Below, piece by piece: positions 40,764 through 49,836 of a DNA stretch of 64,000 nucleotides (the stretch's first letter is position 1; each line of letters begins with the position of its first letter). The notes under the pieces are model-generated. The model was not told where the DNA came from, ran no database searches, and was given only the letters and a program-made list of their open reading frames with translations. The stretch covers positions 960,001-1,024,000 of the forward strand of contig JBGARZ010000001.1 of assembly GCA_044229975.1 (NCBI GenBank), written 5' to 3'. Origin of the DNA: Polyangiales bacterium. Lineage in GTDB: Bacteria; Myxococcota_A; Polyangia; Polyangiales; Ga0077539. Made by a program: the position numbers and the translations under genes.

Positions 40764-41687
40764 TCATTGCGGGATGAAGCGCACCCGGCGGTTGGCGAAG
40801 GTGATCGGCTGCGGGATGTCGTAGGGCACCACGGAGCGCGAGCCGTCCCAGTTTTCCAGCGCCACGGTCGAAGGTTCGGGCCACGTCATCGCGTCGTACG
40901 CAAGGTCGATGGCGTGGTTCGACTCGTTGAGCGCGATCTGGAAGTTGAGGTGTGAGAGGTCGCTGGTGAAGTACCGCGCGTCGCTCCACTGGATCACCCA
41001 GCGCCGCGAGCCGACAGTGTTGCCAACCAGCGCGAGACAAACGCCGGACGAGCGCGTGCGCAGGTCGCGCCACTGCGCCGCGATCACCGCCTGAACGCCA
41101 TCAAGGCGATTGGGGATGATGCCGTTGGCGGGCGTCGAAGCACCCGGCTGGAAGGTGACGTAGCCGTCGGGGCTGACCGTGAAGGCAGCGCCCTCGTCCA
41201 CCGCGACGCCCCAGTAGCGAAACGGGAAGGGCATCGTCGTGCGGAAGTTTCCGCCGTCCACACCGACGAGGACGGTCTGGTGCCCGGGCGCGGCGCAGGC
41301 ATCGAACCAACGGGCGCCGGGGTCGTCGCGGGCGACGCGATAGCCCGTGAGCACCGGGACGTCGGGCGCCGCGGGGACGTCGGGCACTGCGGGGACGTCG
41401 ATGCCCGCGTCGACGACGGCTGGGACATCATCGACCACCATCGGGGCGTCGAGTGGCGCGACCGGCACGTCGACCGCGAGCGGACGATCGACCGCGGCAT
41501 CGACGCCAGCATCGAGGGTGACATCGGCCGTGACATCGGGCCGAGGCACGTCGGCGGGCGCATCGGGTTCGAGCACCGCGTCGGGCGCGTCGACGACGGG
41601 AATGTCCGCGAGCGCGGTGAACACCGGGTCGGGCGTCGCGGTCGCGCATGAGGTGAGCGCGAGGCAGAGCACGAGGGAGGGGCGCAT
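40764..41687 (-). CDS. Lipoprotein with D/V/P/A-rich linker and C-terminal NIDO-like domain
   Basis: Lipobox LTSC; the C-terminal domain aligns by eye with that of 5539-7545 (FDACAA, PFxxRYW, WxDL, GVC, RRWVIxW, IDLxY, ENxDGS, VRFxP). Confidence 0.8.
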   Translation of the reverse strand: MRPSLVLCLALTSCATATPDPVFTALADIPVVDAPDAVLEPDAPADVPRPDVTADVTLDAGVDAAVDRPLAVDVPVAPLDAPMVVDDVPAVVDAGIDVPAVPDVPAAPDVPVLTGYRVARDDPGARWFDACAAPGHQTVLVGVDGGNFRTTMPFPFRYWGVAVDEGAAFTVSPDGYVTFQPGASTPANGIIPNRLDGVQAVIAAQWRDLRTRSSGVCLALVGNTVGSRRWVIQWSDARYFTSDLSHLNFQIALNESNHAIDLAYDAMTWPEPSTVALENWDGSRSVVPYDIPQPITFANRRVRFIPQ

Positions 41688-41756
41688 TCGCACCGGCGGG
41701 TTAGTGCCAGATGCCGTCTGCAAGGTAAAGGAGTGCCCCGCCCGTCGGGACCGCGC

Positions 41757-42857
41757 ATGGCAGCTACGCAGAACAGATCAACCGACCCGGGGGTTACCCC
41801 CGCCGTGCGCCCCTCCTGGCCGACCGTCGTCGTCTCTGTCGTGCTCCATGGGCTCATCGTGCTCGTCGTCGCGTCGATCCGCGTGCCCGCGTCGCGACCC
41901 ACGCTTCTGCCAGCGACGCGCATCGTCGACCTCGACCTCACCGAGCCGCCGCCACCTCCGCCGCCTCCCGTCGTGCCACCGCCCGTCGTGCCGCCCGTCG
42001 CGCCGCAGCCGCCGACCGCGACCCCGCCCACGGCGCGGCCCGTCGCCGCTGCGGCCGCCTCTGCCACGCGGCCCGTCACCGTGCTCACCACGACCTCTGG
42101 CGTCGGCGACCCGTCGCCCGTCGCGGTCGCGCCCATCGAGCCGGCGCGTCCCGATGCGGGCGTCGCCGTGGTGCCGCCCAACCTCCGCGCGACGTCGCTG
42201 CTCACAGGCGCTCGCGACCTCTCGATGCAGATGGCCGGCGCGCAGCCCACCGCCGAACAGCAGCGCGAGCAGATTCGCAACGTCGCCCTCGCGCCCATCC
42301 TCGAAGGGCTCCACGCCAACGACCACATCGACGCGCCGGGCACCGCGCGCGCATCGGCGATCCTCACCACCCGGCTCGCGGAGGAGATCGCCTCGCGCAT
42401 CAACGTTCCGACCCTGGTGCCCGAGGTCGAGCGCGCGCCGAGCATCTCGCTCCCGCGCTACAACCCGACCGAGTCGGCGGGCGAGCGCATGGCGGGCAGC
42501 GAGCTCGACGCCGTCCACGCCAACTCGTTTCAGTCGGTCGGCTTCGGGCCCGGCTCGCCGGCTTGCTCGTCGTACCGCGCGCTCAACGTCGACCTGTCGT
42601 TCACCGACGCCGACGCGGGCCCGGCGGTGGTGGGGCTCCTCCGCGGGTCGGGCGTCGCCTCGCTCGACCGCGCCGTCATGGAGGTCGCCCGCGAACTCGT
42701 CGCCGAGGCCGCTCCGCCGGGGCGCACCCGCTGGCGCTTCGAGCTCGCCGACGACGCCATGATGTACCCGGGTCGACGGTGCAGCAGCGTCGGCGGCTGG
42801 CGACCGCTCGCAGGCGGACAGCTCCGGGTGCGCTTCCGACGGATGCACGGTCGGTAG
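41757..42857 (+). CDS. TonB/TolA-like Pro-rich membrane-anchored protein
   Basis: N-terminal TM with the TonB SxxxH motif (VSVVLHGL), Pro-rich spacer, and C-terminal GSGVASLDRAVM resembling TonB_C. The start is uncertain. Confidence 0.65.
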   Translation: MAATQNRSTDPGVTPAVRPSWPTVVVSVVLHGLIVLVVASIRVPASRPTLLPATRIVDLDLTEPPPPPPPPVVPPPVVPPVAPQPPTATPPTARPVAAAAASATRPVTVLTTTSGVGDPSPVAVAPIEPARPDAGVAVVPPNLRATSLLTGARDLSMQMAGAQPTAEQQREQIRNVALAPILEGLHANDHIDAPGTARASAILTTRLAEEIASRINVPTLVPEVERAPSISLPRYNPTESAGERMAGSELDAVHANSFQSVGFGPGSPACSSYRALNVDLSFTDADAGPAVVGLLRGSGVASLDRAVMEVARELVAEAAPPGRTRWRFELADDAMMYPGRRCSSVGGWRPLAGGQLRVRFRRMHGR

Positions 42858-42880
42858 GGCGGTCTGGTACCGTCGCGCCG

Positions 42881-43993
42881 GTGCGAGCGACGACAGCGTG
42901 CGGATGGATGATGGCGGCGGCCTTCGCGCTGACCGCCCGCGTGGCAGCAGCACAACCCCTGGACATTCCCGCCGAGCTCATTGAAGCGCCCATTCCCGCG
43001 CAGCCCGGGACGGGGGTGCAGGCGATGTTCGTGCTCGGGTTCTTCGCGGGCCAGCCGTACAACCTCCAGCACGCGCGCGACCTGCTCGCGGGCACCTCCC
43101 TCACGCCCTCGTTCGACCTCTGGTGCGGGCCGCTGCCGCTGGTGGACTTCACCAACGGAACCACCGTCGACTCCCTCGGCCGAGCCGCGCCCACCGCGCA
43201 GTGCTTCCCCTTCTTCGACGCGACGTCCGAACAGATGCAGCCCTGCCGACCGCTCCCCGGCGTCCCGAGCGGGACGTACTCCACCCGCGGCGGCGCCGTG
43301 ATGCGCCTGCGCGGCTGGTTCGCGGTGCGCGCCGCGGGCACGTACACCTTCGCCTGGGGCCACGACGACGGGGTCGCCTTCGACGTCGGCAACGTCGCGG
43401 TCTTCGCCTACCCCGACGGAACCGCGCCGCGCGTCGATCGACGGGTGCTGCGCTTCTCCGCGGCGGGGCTCTACCCCTTCCAGCTCGATTGGTTCGACAC
43501 CGTCGGCAACGCGCTCCTCGACTGGTACGTCGCGCCCGGCGACCACCCCGAAGGAACCTTCGCCGAGCAGGGCTTTCGGCTCGTCCCCACCGCAGATCTC
43601 TATCCCTCCGACGCGCTCCCGTGCACGCCCGACTGTCGACGGTGCGCGCTCCCGACCCCTCGCTGTGACTACGCCGCATCGCGTTGTGTTGCCTGCCTCG
43701 ACGACCGCGACTGCGGCCGCGGCACGCGCTGTCAGGAAGGCGTTTGCGCCGGGGTGGTGATCCCTGACGCGGGGGCCGTGACCGACCTGGGCGGCCCCAT
43801 CGATGCGGGCGCGCGGGACGCGGGCCTCGACGCCGGAGACCCGTTGCCCCCCGTCGACGGTGGCGGGTGCGGGTGCCGGGTGGGCAGACCTGCGACAGCG
43901 CTTGCGCGCAGGGGGGCGCTCTCGTCTATGCTCCTGCTCGCTCTGGCGCGCCGCCGGACGTCACGACGCACCGAGAGGGCCCCTCGACGATGA
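42881..43993 (+). CDS. TraA-like PA14-domain, Cys-rich, MYXO-CTERM surface protein
   Basis: Signal peptide; PGTG...DFTN...MRLRGWFAV...YTFAWGHDDGV...FSAAGLYP; short Cys repeat TPRC...CVACLDDRDC; C-terminal GGGCGCRVG...LLLALARRR. Alternative start 42908. Confidence 0.72.
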   Translation: MRATTACGWMMAAAFALTARVAAAQPLDIPAELIEAPIPAQPGTGVQAMFVLGFFAGQPYNLQHARDLLAGTSLTPSFDLWCGPLPLVDFTNGTTVDSLGRAAPTAQCFPFFDATSEQMQPCRPLPGVPSGTYSTRGGAVMRLRGWFAVRAAGTYTFAWGHDDGVAFDVGNVAVFAYPDGTAPRVDRRVLRFSAAGLYPFQLDWFDTVGNALLDWYVAPGDHPEGTFAEQGFRLVPTADLYPSDALPCTPDCRRCALPTPRCDYAASRCVACLDDRDCGRGTRCQEGVCAGVVIPDAGAVTDLGGPIDAGARDAGLDAGDPLPPVDGGGCGCRVGRPATALARRGALSSMLLLALARRRTSRRTERAPRR

Positions 43994-45147
43994 GCCTCCC
44001 CAACGCCAGCGCGCTGTCCATCGGCGAGGAGCTCAGCGGGGAGTTTCTCTCCTCGATCGTCGACCACATCGCGCACCCCATCTTCGTGAAGGACCGCGAG
44101 TATCGCTTCGTGCTCCTCAACCGGGCCATGGAGTCGATGGTGGGCATCCCGCGCGCCGACATGCTCGGCCACACCGACCACGACTTCTTCCCCAAGGAGC
44201 AGGCCGACTTCTTCCGCGCCAAGGATATGGAGATGTTCAGCGGCGGACAGACCGTCGAGATCAGCGAGGAGCCGCTCACCGACGCCCACGGCCAGCGCCA
44301 CACGCTCGCGACCACGAAGGTTCCGCTGCGGGGCGCCGACGGGCTCATCACGCACCTCGTCGGCATCATCCACGACATCACGCCCCTCAAGCGCGCCGAA
44401 GACGCCCTGAAGGAAGTGACCGGCGCCCTCGAGCTCCGCGTGCAGGAGCGCACCGCCACCCTGCTGGAGACCCAGGCCGAGCTCGTTCGCCGCGAGCGCC
44501 TCGCCGTCGTCGGGCTCTTCGCCGGCAGCCTTGCCCACCAGATTCGCAACCCCCTCGGGTCGATCAAAAACGCCGCGTACCTCGTGCAGCTCGCCAACCC
44601 CACGCAGGACGAGGACATCCGCCGCGCGCTCGCGATCATTCAAGACGAGGTGGGCCGCGCCAACCAGATCATCACCGACCTCGTGGACTACGCCCGCGTC
44701 GCCGTCGCGCAGCGCCGCGTGGTGCCCGTCGAGCTGCTCATGGAGCTCAGCCTCCACGGTCTCGACCTGCCCGCCAACGTCACCGTCACCTCCGAGTGCC
44801 CCGAGCACCTGAAGGTCAACGTCGACCCGGCGCAGCTCCAGCGCGCGCTCCAGAAGCTGGTGCGCAACTCGCTCCAGGCGATGACCCGCGGCGGCACCCT
44901 CACGCTGCGGGTGCGCGGCGACAAGGACGCGGTGTTCTTCTCCATCGGCGACACGGGGCGGGGCATTCCCGATGACGTGATGAGCCGCCTCTTCGAACCG
45001 CTGGTGAGCAGCAACGCCGGGAGCCTCGGCCTCGGGCTCATCACCGCCCGCGCGCTCGTCGAAAACCAGGGCGGCGCGCTCGCCGTCGAGAAGAGCGACG
45101 CCGACGGCACCACGCTGGTCATCCGCCTGCCGATCGCGACCGAGTAG
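43990..45147 (+). CDS. Cytoplasmic PAS/PAC sensor histidine kinase
   Basis: ATGA overlap with the upstream gene; PIFVKDRE...DIT PAS; H-box AHQIRNPL; VRNSLQAM; DTGRGIP; LFEP; GLGL. Confidence 0.9.
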   Translation: MSLPNASALSIGEELSGEFLSSIVDHIAHPIFVKDREYRFVLLNRAMESMVGIPRADMLGHTDHDFFPKEQADFFRAKDMEMFSGGQTVEISEEPLTDAHGQRHTLATTKVPLRGADGLITHLVGIIHDITPLKRAEDALKEVTGALELRVQERTATLLETQAELVRRERLAVVGLFAGSLAHQIRNPLGSIKNAAYLVQLANPTQDEDIRRALAIIQDEVGRANQIITDLVDYARVAVAQRRVVPVELLMELSLHGLDLPANVTVTSECPEHLKVNVDPAQLQRALQKLVRNSLQAMTRGGTLTLRVRGDKDAVFFSIGDTGRGIPDDVMSRLFEPLVSSNAGSLGLGLITARALVENQGGALAVEKSDADGTTLVIRLPIATE

Positions 45148-46299
45148 TCAGAACACCCGCGCCACGATGTCGTCCGCCAGGAGCCAGCGCTCGCGCGGAA
45201 TCTCCCACCGCGACCCGTGGTCGATCAGGTTGCCCCGCGCACACTCCCGCGCAACGGCCGCCTCGCGCCCCGCTCGCGGATCGACGCCGGTGCGCACCGC
45301 GAGCCCCTGGAGGTCGACGCCCGCGGCCGTCCGCAGCCCCAGCATCAGCCCCTCCTGCACCCGCACCGACGGCGCCAGCCGCTCGGTCTCGCCGGGAGGC
45401 AGCGAGCCCGCCTCGATGGCCTCGCAGTAGGCCGCCGCGTCGGCGTGGTTGCGCCAGCGCTCACCCGCGCGATTGTCATCATTCGCGGGCGCGCAGCCCA
45501 CCGCCCCGGCGCCGAGCCCGAGATACCACTCGCCGCGCCAGTACGCTTCGTTGTGGCGGCTCGCGGCGCCCGGTCGCGCGTAGTTGGACACCTCGTAGTG
45601 ACCGAGGCCCGCGCGCTCGCAGGTGGACTCGACGGACTCGTACAGCGCCGCCACGCGGTCGTCTTCGAGGCGCGGCAGGCGGCCCTTGCGCGCGAGCTCG
45701 CCGAAGCGGGTGCCCGACTCGATGGTGAGCGCGTAGCAGGAGAGGTGCTCGACCCCGGTGTCGAGGAGCGCACCGAGGTCTTCCACCAGCGTGTCATTGC
45801 GCTGCTCGGCCATGCCAAACATCACGTCGGCCGACACCCGCAGGCCACCCGAGCGAACCGCGGTGCGCACGGCGCGCGAGGCGCCATCGGCGTCGTGCAG
45901 GCGACCGAGGTAGCGCAGGTGCTCGTCGCGTAGGGACTGCACCCCGATGGAGAGGCGATCGACCCCGACGTCCTTCCACCGCGCGCAGCGATCGTCGTCG
46001 AGGGAGGTGGGATTGCACTCGACGGTGACCTCCTCCAACGATCCGCGGCGGGCGACGGCGGCGACCACGCGGCCGAGGTCGGCGGGCTCCCAGAGGCTCG
46101 GGGTGCCGCCGCCGAAGAAGAGCGTGCGGGCCCGCGCGTCGGAGGGGAGCGCGTCGAGGCGGAGGGTGAGCTCGCGCACGACGGCGTCGGCGTAGCGGGC
46201 GTGCGGGATGCGCGCGGGGTTGATCGCCTCCGTCGCGAAATCGCAGTACGGGCAGCGCTGGAGGCACCAGGGGAAGTGCACGTACACCGCGAGGTTCAT
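45148..46299 (-). CDS. hemW: Radical SAM heme chaperone HemW
   Basis: YVHFPWCLQRCPYCDF, FGGGTPS, RLSIGVQS, YEVSNY, HNEAYW. Confidence 0.93.
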   Translation of the reverse strand: MNLAVYVHFPWCLQRCPYCDFATEAINPARIPHARYADAVVRELTLRLDALPSDARARTLFFGGGTPSLWEPADLGRVVAAVARRGSLEEVTVECNPTSLDDDRCARWKDVGVDRLSIGVQSLRDEHLRYLGRLHDADGASRAVRTAVRSGGLRVSADVMFGMAEQRNDTLVEDLGALLDTGVEHLSCYALTIESGTRFGELARKGRLPRLEDDRVAALYESVESTCERAGLGHYEVSNYARPGAASRHNEAYWRGEWYLGLGAGAVGCAPANDDNRAGERWRNHADAAAYCEAIEAGSLPPGETERLAPSVRVQEGLMLGLRTAAGVDLQGLAVRTGVDPRAGREAAVARECARGNLIDHGSRWEIPRERWLLADDIVARVF

Positions 46300-46381
46300 C
46301 GTCGGGGCGCGGCCTAGCACGAAGCGCGTCACGGCGCGGGGAAGGTTTGCGTTAGAGTGCGGGCCGAGGTCGACGAGACGC

Positions 46382-47977
46382 GTGCTGCGGTTGCTCATCC
46401 GGGAGGCGTTGATCACCCTCGCGTCGCTCCTGGTGGTCTCGGCGGTGGCCTTTGCGCTGCTCGACCGCGTCGGGGACCAGGACTGGCAGGGCACCGCCGC
46501 CTACGCCCACCTCTTCGGCTTCACCCGCGACCACGCCGTCGGCGCCGACCTCCCGCTCTACTGGAACCCCTTCGTCCTCGACGCCGAGCGCCGCACCGCC
46601 CGTGACCTCCCGCTCCTCGGCGCGGCCTCCACCCGCGACGCGGCGCGCGCCCGGCTCCAGCGCCGTGGATCCGCCGCGCTGCCCGCCATCCTCGCCCGCC
46701 TCGACGCGCTCAGCCCGGAGGCCCGCCGCCACGCCCTCTCGCTCATCGCCGGGTGGTCGCAGTCACTCACCGGATCGGAGCGCGCCCCCGACCCCCTCGA
46801 CGGCGCCACCGAGGCGAGCGCCCGCGTGTGGTGGGAGCGCTTCCAGGCGTCGCGCGCCCTGGACTTCCGGCTGAGCTACGCCACGCGCCAGGCCCAGCGC
46901 GTCGGCGCGCGCGACCGCACCAACGCCTACGGTCGCCTCGTCGAGCTCGGAACCTTCGCCCTCCCGGGCATCCACAACGTTCTGGCGGCGAGCGCCAACC
47001 GCGACGAGAGCGTGCGACTCACCGGGCTGCTCGCCACGCTCACGGGTCTGCCAGTGCGCGCCGACCCGGGCGCGCCCAACGGCGAGGTGCAGCGCGTGGC
47101 GTCCGCGTGGCAGGCGTTCTGGTTCGCCGAGCGATTGGAGTTCGAGACGCTCACCGAGGAGCGCCGCGCCACCGCGCGCTTCTTCGAGAGCCGCTACGGC
47201 CGCTGGGTCGAGCGCGCCATGCGGGGTCGTATGGGGTACAGCCGCGCGAGCCGTCGCCCCGTCGCCCTCGAACTCCGCTGGCGCCTCCCGGTGAGCACCC
47301 TCTCCTCCGGCCTCGGCGGCCTCGTCGGAACCGCCATCGCCATCGCCTTCGGGGGCGGCCCCGCGCTGCGCCGTCGTCGACTGCGACCGAAGCTCCTCGA
47401 CCTCGCGGGCGCCCTCACCCCCGGGCTCGTCGCGCTCACCGGGGCATGGCTGCTGATGCTCCGTCTCTGCGCGCCCACGGGCTCATTGCGGAGCGACCTC
47501 GCGCTGGTGCTGGGCGATGGACAGTGGGCCCAGGTGCTCGCGTGCGCGGCCGTCATTGCCGCGGCGAGCAGCGTGTACCTCCAGCGACCGCGCGCCGCGA
47601 GCGCCACGCAGCTCGTGCGGCTCGAAGCCGAAGGGTGGGTCGCCGATCGGCTGCGCCCCGGCGTACGCGAGGTGGTCCGCCATGGGGCGCGCATCGGCAT
47701 AGCGTCGCTGCTGGCGCCGCTCGGGTTCGCGGGGCCGGTGGTGCTCATCGCGTCGCTGGTGGTCGAACTCCCACTGGGGCTCGATGGCATGGGTGAGCTC
47801 ACCGTGCGCGCGCTCCCGTTGCGCGACGCGCCGTGGCTGATGGTCGCCACGCTCACCATGGTGCCGCTGCTGCTCGGTCGTCGCTGGGCGCGTGGTCTGC
47901 TGGTGAAGGTGCTCGATCTGCCCGCGACGCCGCTGGCGCGCGCTCCCGGTGGGGCGGTAGGGTCCGCGCCCTCATGA
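46382..47977 (+). CDS. Divergent DppB/OppB-like ABC permease subunit with a large helical periplasmic insertion
   Basis: N-terminal TM; YGRWV...GRMGYSRASRRPVALELRWRLPVST; C-terminal RHGAR...SLVVE...LDGMG...RDAP. The EAA region is degenerate. Confidence 0.7.
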   Translation: MLRLLIREALITLASLLVVSAVAFALLDRVGDQDWQGTAAYAHLFGFTRDHAVGADLPLYWNPFVLDAERRTARDLPLLGAASTRDAARARLQRRGSAALPAILARLDALSPEARRHALSLIAGWSQSLTGSERAPDPLDGATEASARVWWERFQASRALDFRLSYATRQAQRVGARDRTNAYGRLVELGTFALPGIHNVLAASANRDESVRLTGLLATLTGLPVRADPGAPNGEVQRVASAWQAFWFAERLEFETLTEERRATARFFESRYGRWVERAMRGRMGYSRASRRPVALELRWRLPVSTLSSGLGGLVGTAIAIAFGGGPALRRRRLRPKLLDLAGALTPGLVALTGAWLLMLRLCAPTGSLRSDLALVLGDGQWAQVLACAAVIAAASSVYLQRPRAASATQLVRLEAEGWVADRLRPGVREVVRHGARIGIASLLAPLGFAGPVVLIASLVVELPLGLDGMGELTVRALPLRDAPWLMVATLTMVPLLLGRRWARGLLVKVLDLPATPLARAPGGAVGSAPS

Positions 47978-48678
47978 CTCCCCCGCGGTGGATCCTGCTG
48001 GTCGTCTGCGCGCTGCTCCCCACGCTCTCGTGGCACCTGGGTGGCGCCTCGGTCTGGTACTCCGCGGTGCTCGGCTTCGGCGTCGCCGCGGCCCTCGCCG
48101 CGTGGGCCCTCGCGCAGGATGGTCAGCTCGGCGCCGCGCTCACACCGCGCGCGGGCGACGCATCGCTCGGCATCGTCCCGGCCGTCGTTCTCTACGCGCT
48201 GCTCTATGTCGTGGTGACGAAGGTCATGGCCCCCCTCCCGCTGCTGCGGGTCTGCACCGTCGATGGTCCGCTCGTCCCGCGCGGCGGTCTGCACGGCCTC
48301 GCCGCGCTCACCGAGTGGATGCGCGTGCGCTCGTGCCTCGCGGTCGGTCACGTCGGCGCCATTCAAGGGACCGCCCGCGTGGGACTGGTGCTCACGGTCG
48401 CTGCGCTGGAAGAGCTCGCGTGGCGGGGAGGCGTGCAGCAGGGCCTGTCCGAGCGCTTCGGCTCCACCCGCGGCTGGCTGCTCGCATCGGGCCTCTACGC
48501 GCTGGTCCACGTGGGGACACTCAACGCCGCCACCGTGCTCGTGGCGCTGCCGTGCGGGCTGCTCTGGGGTGCGCTCTATCGCTTCCGCGGGCGCCTCGCC
48601 CCCGCGCTGCTCTCGCACATCGTCTTCTCGTGGGCGCTGTTCGTGCCCAACCGGGCCAGCCTGTTCATCACGCCGTAG
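47974..48678 (+). CDS. CPBP (type II CAAX/Abi) intramembrane glutamic protease
   Basis: ATGA overlap; EELAWRG, LYALVH, LLSH motifs; multiple TM. Confidence 0.88.
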   Translation: MTPPRWILLVVCALLPTLSWHLGGASVWYSAVLGFGVAAALAAWALAQDGQLGAALTPRAGDASLGIVPAVVLYALLYVVVTKVMAPLPLLRVCTVDGPLVPRGGLHGLAALTEWMRVRSCLAVGHVGAIQGTARVGLVLTVAALEELAWRGGVQQGLSERFGSTRGWLLASGLYALVHVGTLNAATVLVALPCGLLWGALYRFRGRLAPALLSHIVFSWALFVPNRASLFITP

Positions 48679-48695
48679 GTCGGTATCATCCGCCG

Positions 48696-49832
48696 ATGCA
48701 GCGCGGAGCACCCTCGCGGGTTGGTGCCTTGGCCTTGGCGTGGGCGATGGCCTGTTCGGGCACGGCGCGGCCGCCTGGCATCACCACGGACACCGACGCG
48801 GCGGTCGAAGACTCGCTCGTCACGGTCATCCGCGACGCCATCCCCATCCGCGAGATGGCCTCCTGCGGCGGAACCTCCATGTCCCTCACCCGCCGCCGCG
48901 CGAGCGCGATCCTCGTCATCGACCGCTCGGGCAGCATGTTGGAAAACGCCCTCGACGGCATGGAGAAGTGGGCCGCCCTGCTCGCCGCCCTCAACAGCGC
49001 CCTGCCCCGCATCGAGCACAACGTCGCGCTCGGCCTGGTGACCTTTCCGCAGCCGATTCCCACCGGCGTTCCGCGCACGTTGCAGTCCATCTGCGCGCTG
49101 CGCACCACGCTCGACCTGGAGCCTCGCATCGACAACGCGAGCGCCATCATGGCGCGGCTCCGATCGATCCCGCCGGACGGGCCGACGCCCACCGCCGGGG
49201 CCGAGGAGGTCGCTGGGCGATGGTTCATCAACAACCCCGACCGCGACGGCGAGCGGTACCTCATCCTGGCCACGGACGGCGCGCCCAACTGCAACCCGGT
49301 GCTCGACCCGGCGACCTGTCGTTGCGCGGGCGCGGCGACGATGTGCAACCCGATGACCAACTCCTTCGCGCCCATCAACTGCCTCGATGACACGCGCACG
49401 GTGGCGTCCATCAACCTCTTCCGTCAGCAGGAGGTGTTCACCTACGTCGTGGGGCTCAACGGCATCGAGGCGTTCTCCAGCGTGCTCGACCAGATGGCCG
49501 AGGCGGGCGGCAGGGCGCGCGCGGCGACGCCGAGGTTCTACCCCGCGAGCACGGCCAACGACCTCGCGCGCGAGCTCACCAACATCACCTCGGGCATCGT
49601 GGACTGTCGCTTCCGGCTCAACGCGGTTCCGCCCGACCCGACGCTCGTCGACCTGCGCCTCGACGGCATGAGCCTCATCCACGACACCGGCCGCCGCGAC
49701 GGCTGGGACTACTCCGAAGGGACCTTCCAGGAGATCCGCTTCTACGGGCGGACCTGCGAGCAGGTGAGCTCGGCGACGGGCGGGTCGAGCCTCATCGCAG
49801 CCTTCGGATGTCCGGCGCCGGTGCCGCCGTGA
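48696..49832 (+). CDS. vWA-domain lipoprotein (CglB-like)
   Basis: Lipobox AMAC; MIDAS IDRSGSM, PTPT, LATDGAPNCN; Cys insert CRC...NCLDD; TYVVG; LDQMAEAGG. Confidence 0.82.
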   Translation: MQRGAPSRVGALALAWAMACSGTARPPGITTDTDAAVEDSLVTVIRDAIPIREMASCGGTSMSLTRRRASAILVIDRSGSMLENALDGMEKWAALLAALNSALPRIEHNVALGLVTFPQPIPTGVPRTLQSICALRTTLDLEPRIDNASAIMARLRSIPPDGPTPTAGAEEVAGRWFINNPDRDGERYLILATDGAPNCNPVLDPATCRCAGAATMCNPMTNSFAPINCLDDTRTVASINLFRQQEVFTYVVGLNGIEAFSSVLDQMAEAGGRARAATPRFYPASTANDLARELTNITSGIVDCRFRLNAVPPDPTLVDLRLDGMSLIHDTGRRDGWDYSEGTFQEIRFYGRTCEQVSSATGGSSLIAAFGCPAPVPP

Positions 49833-49836
49833 CGGC

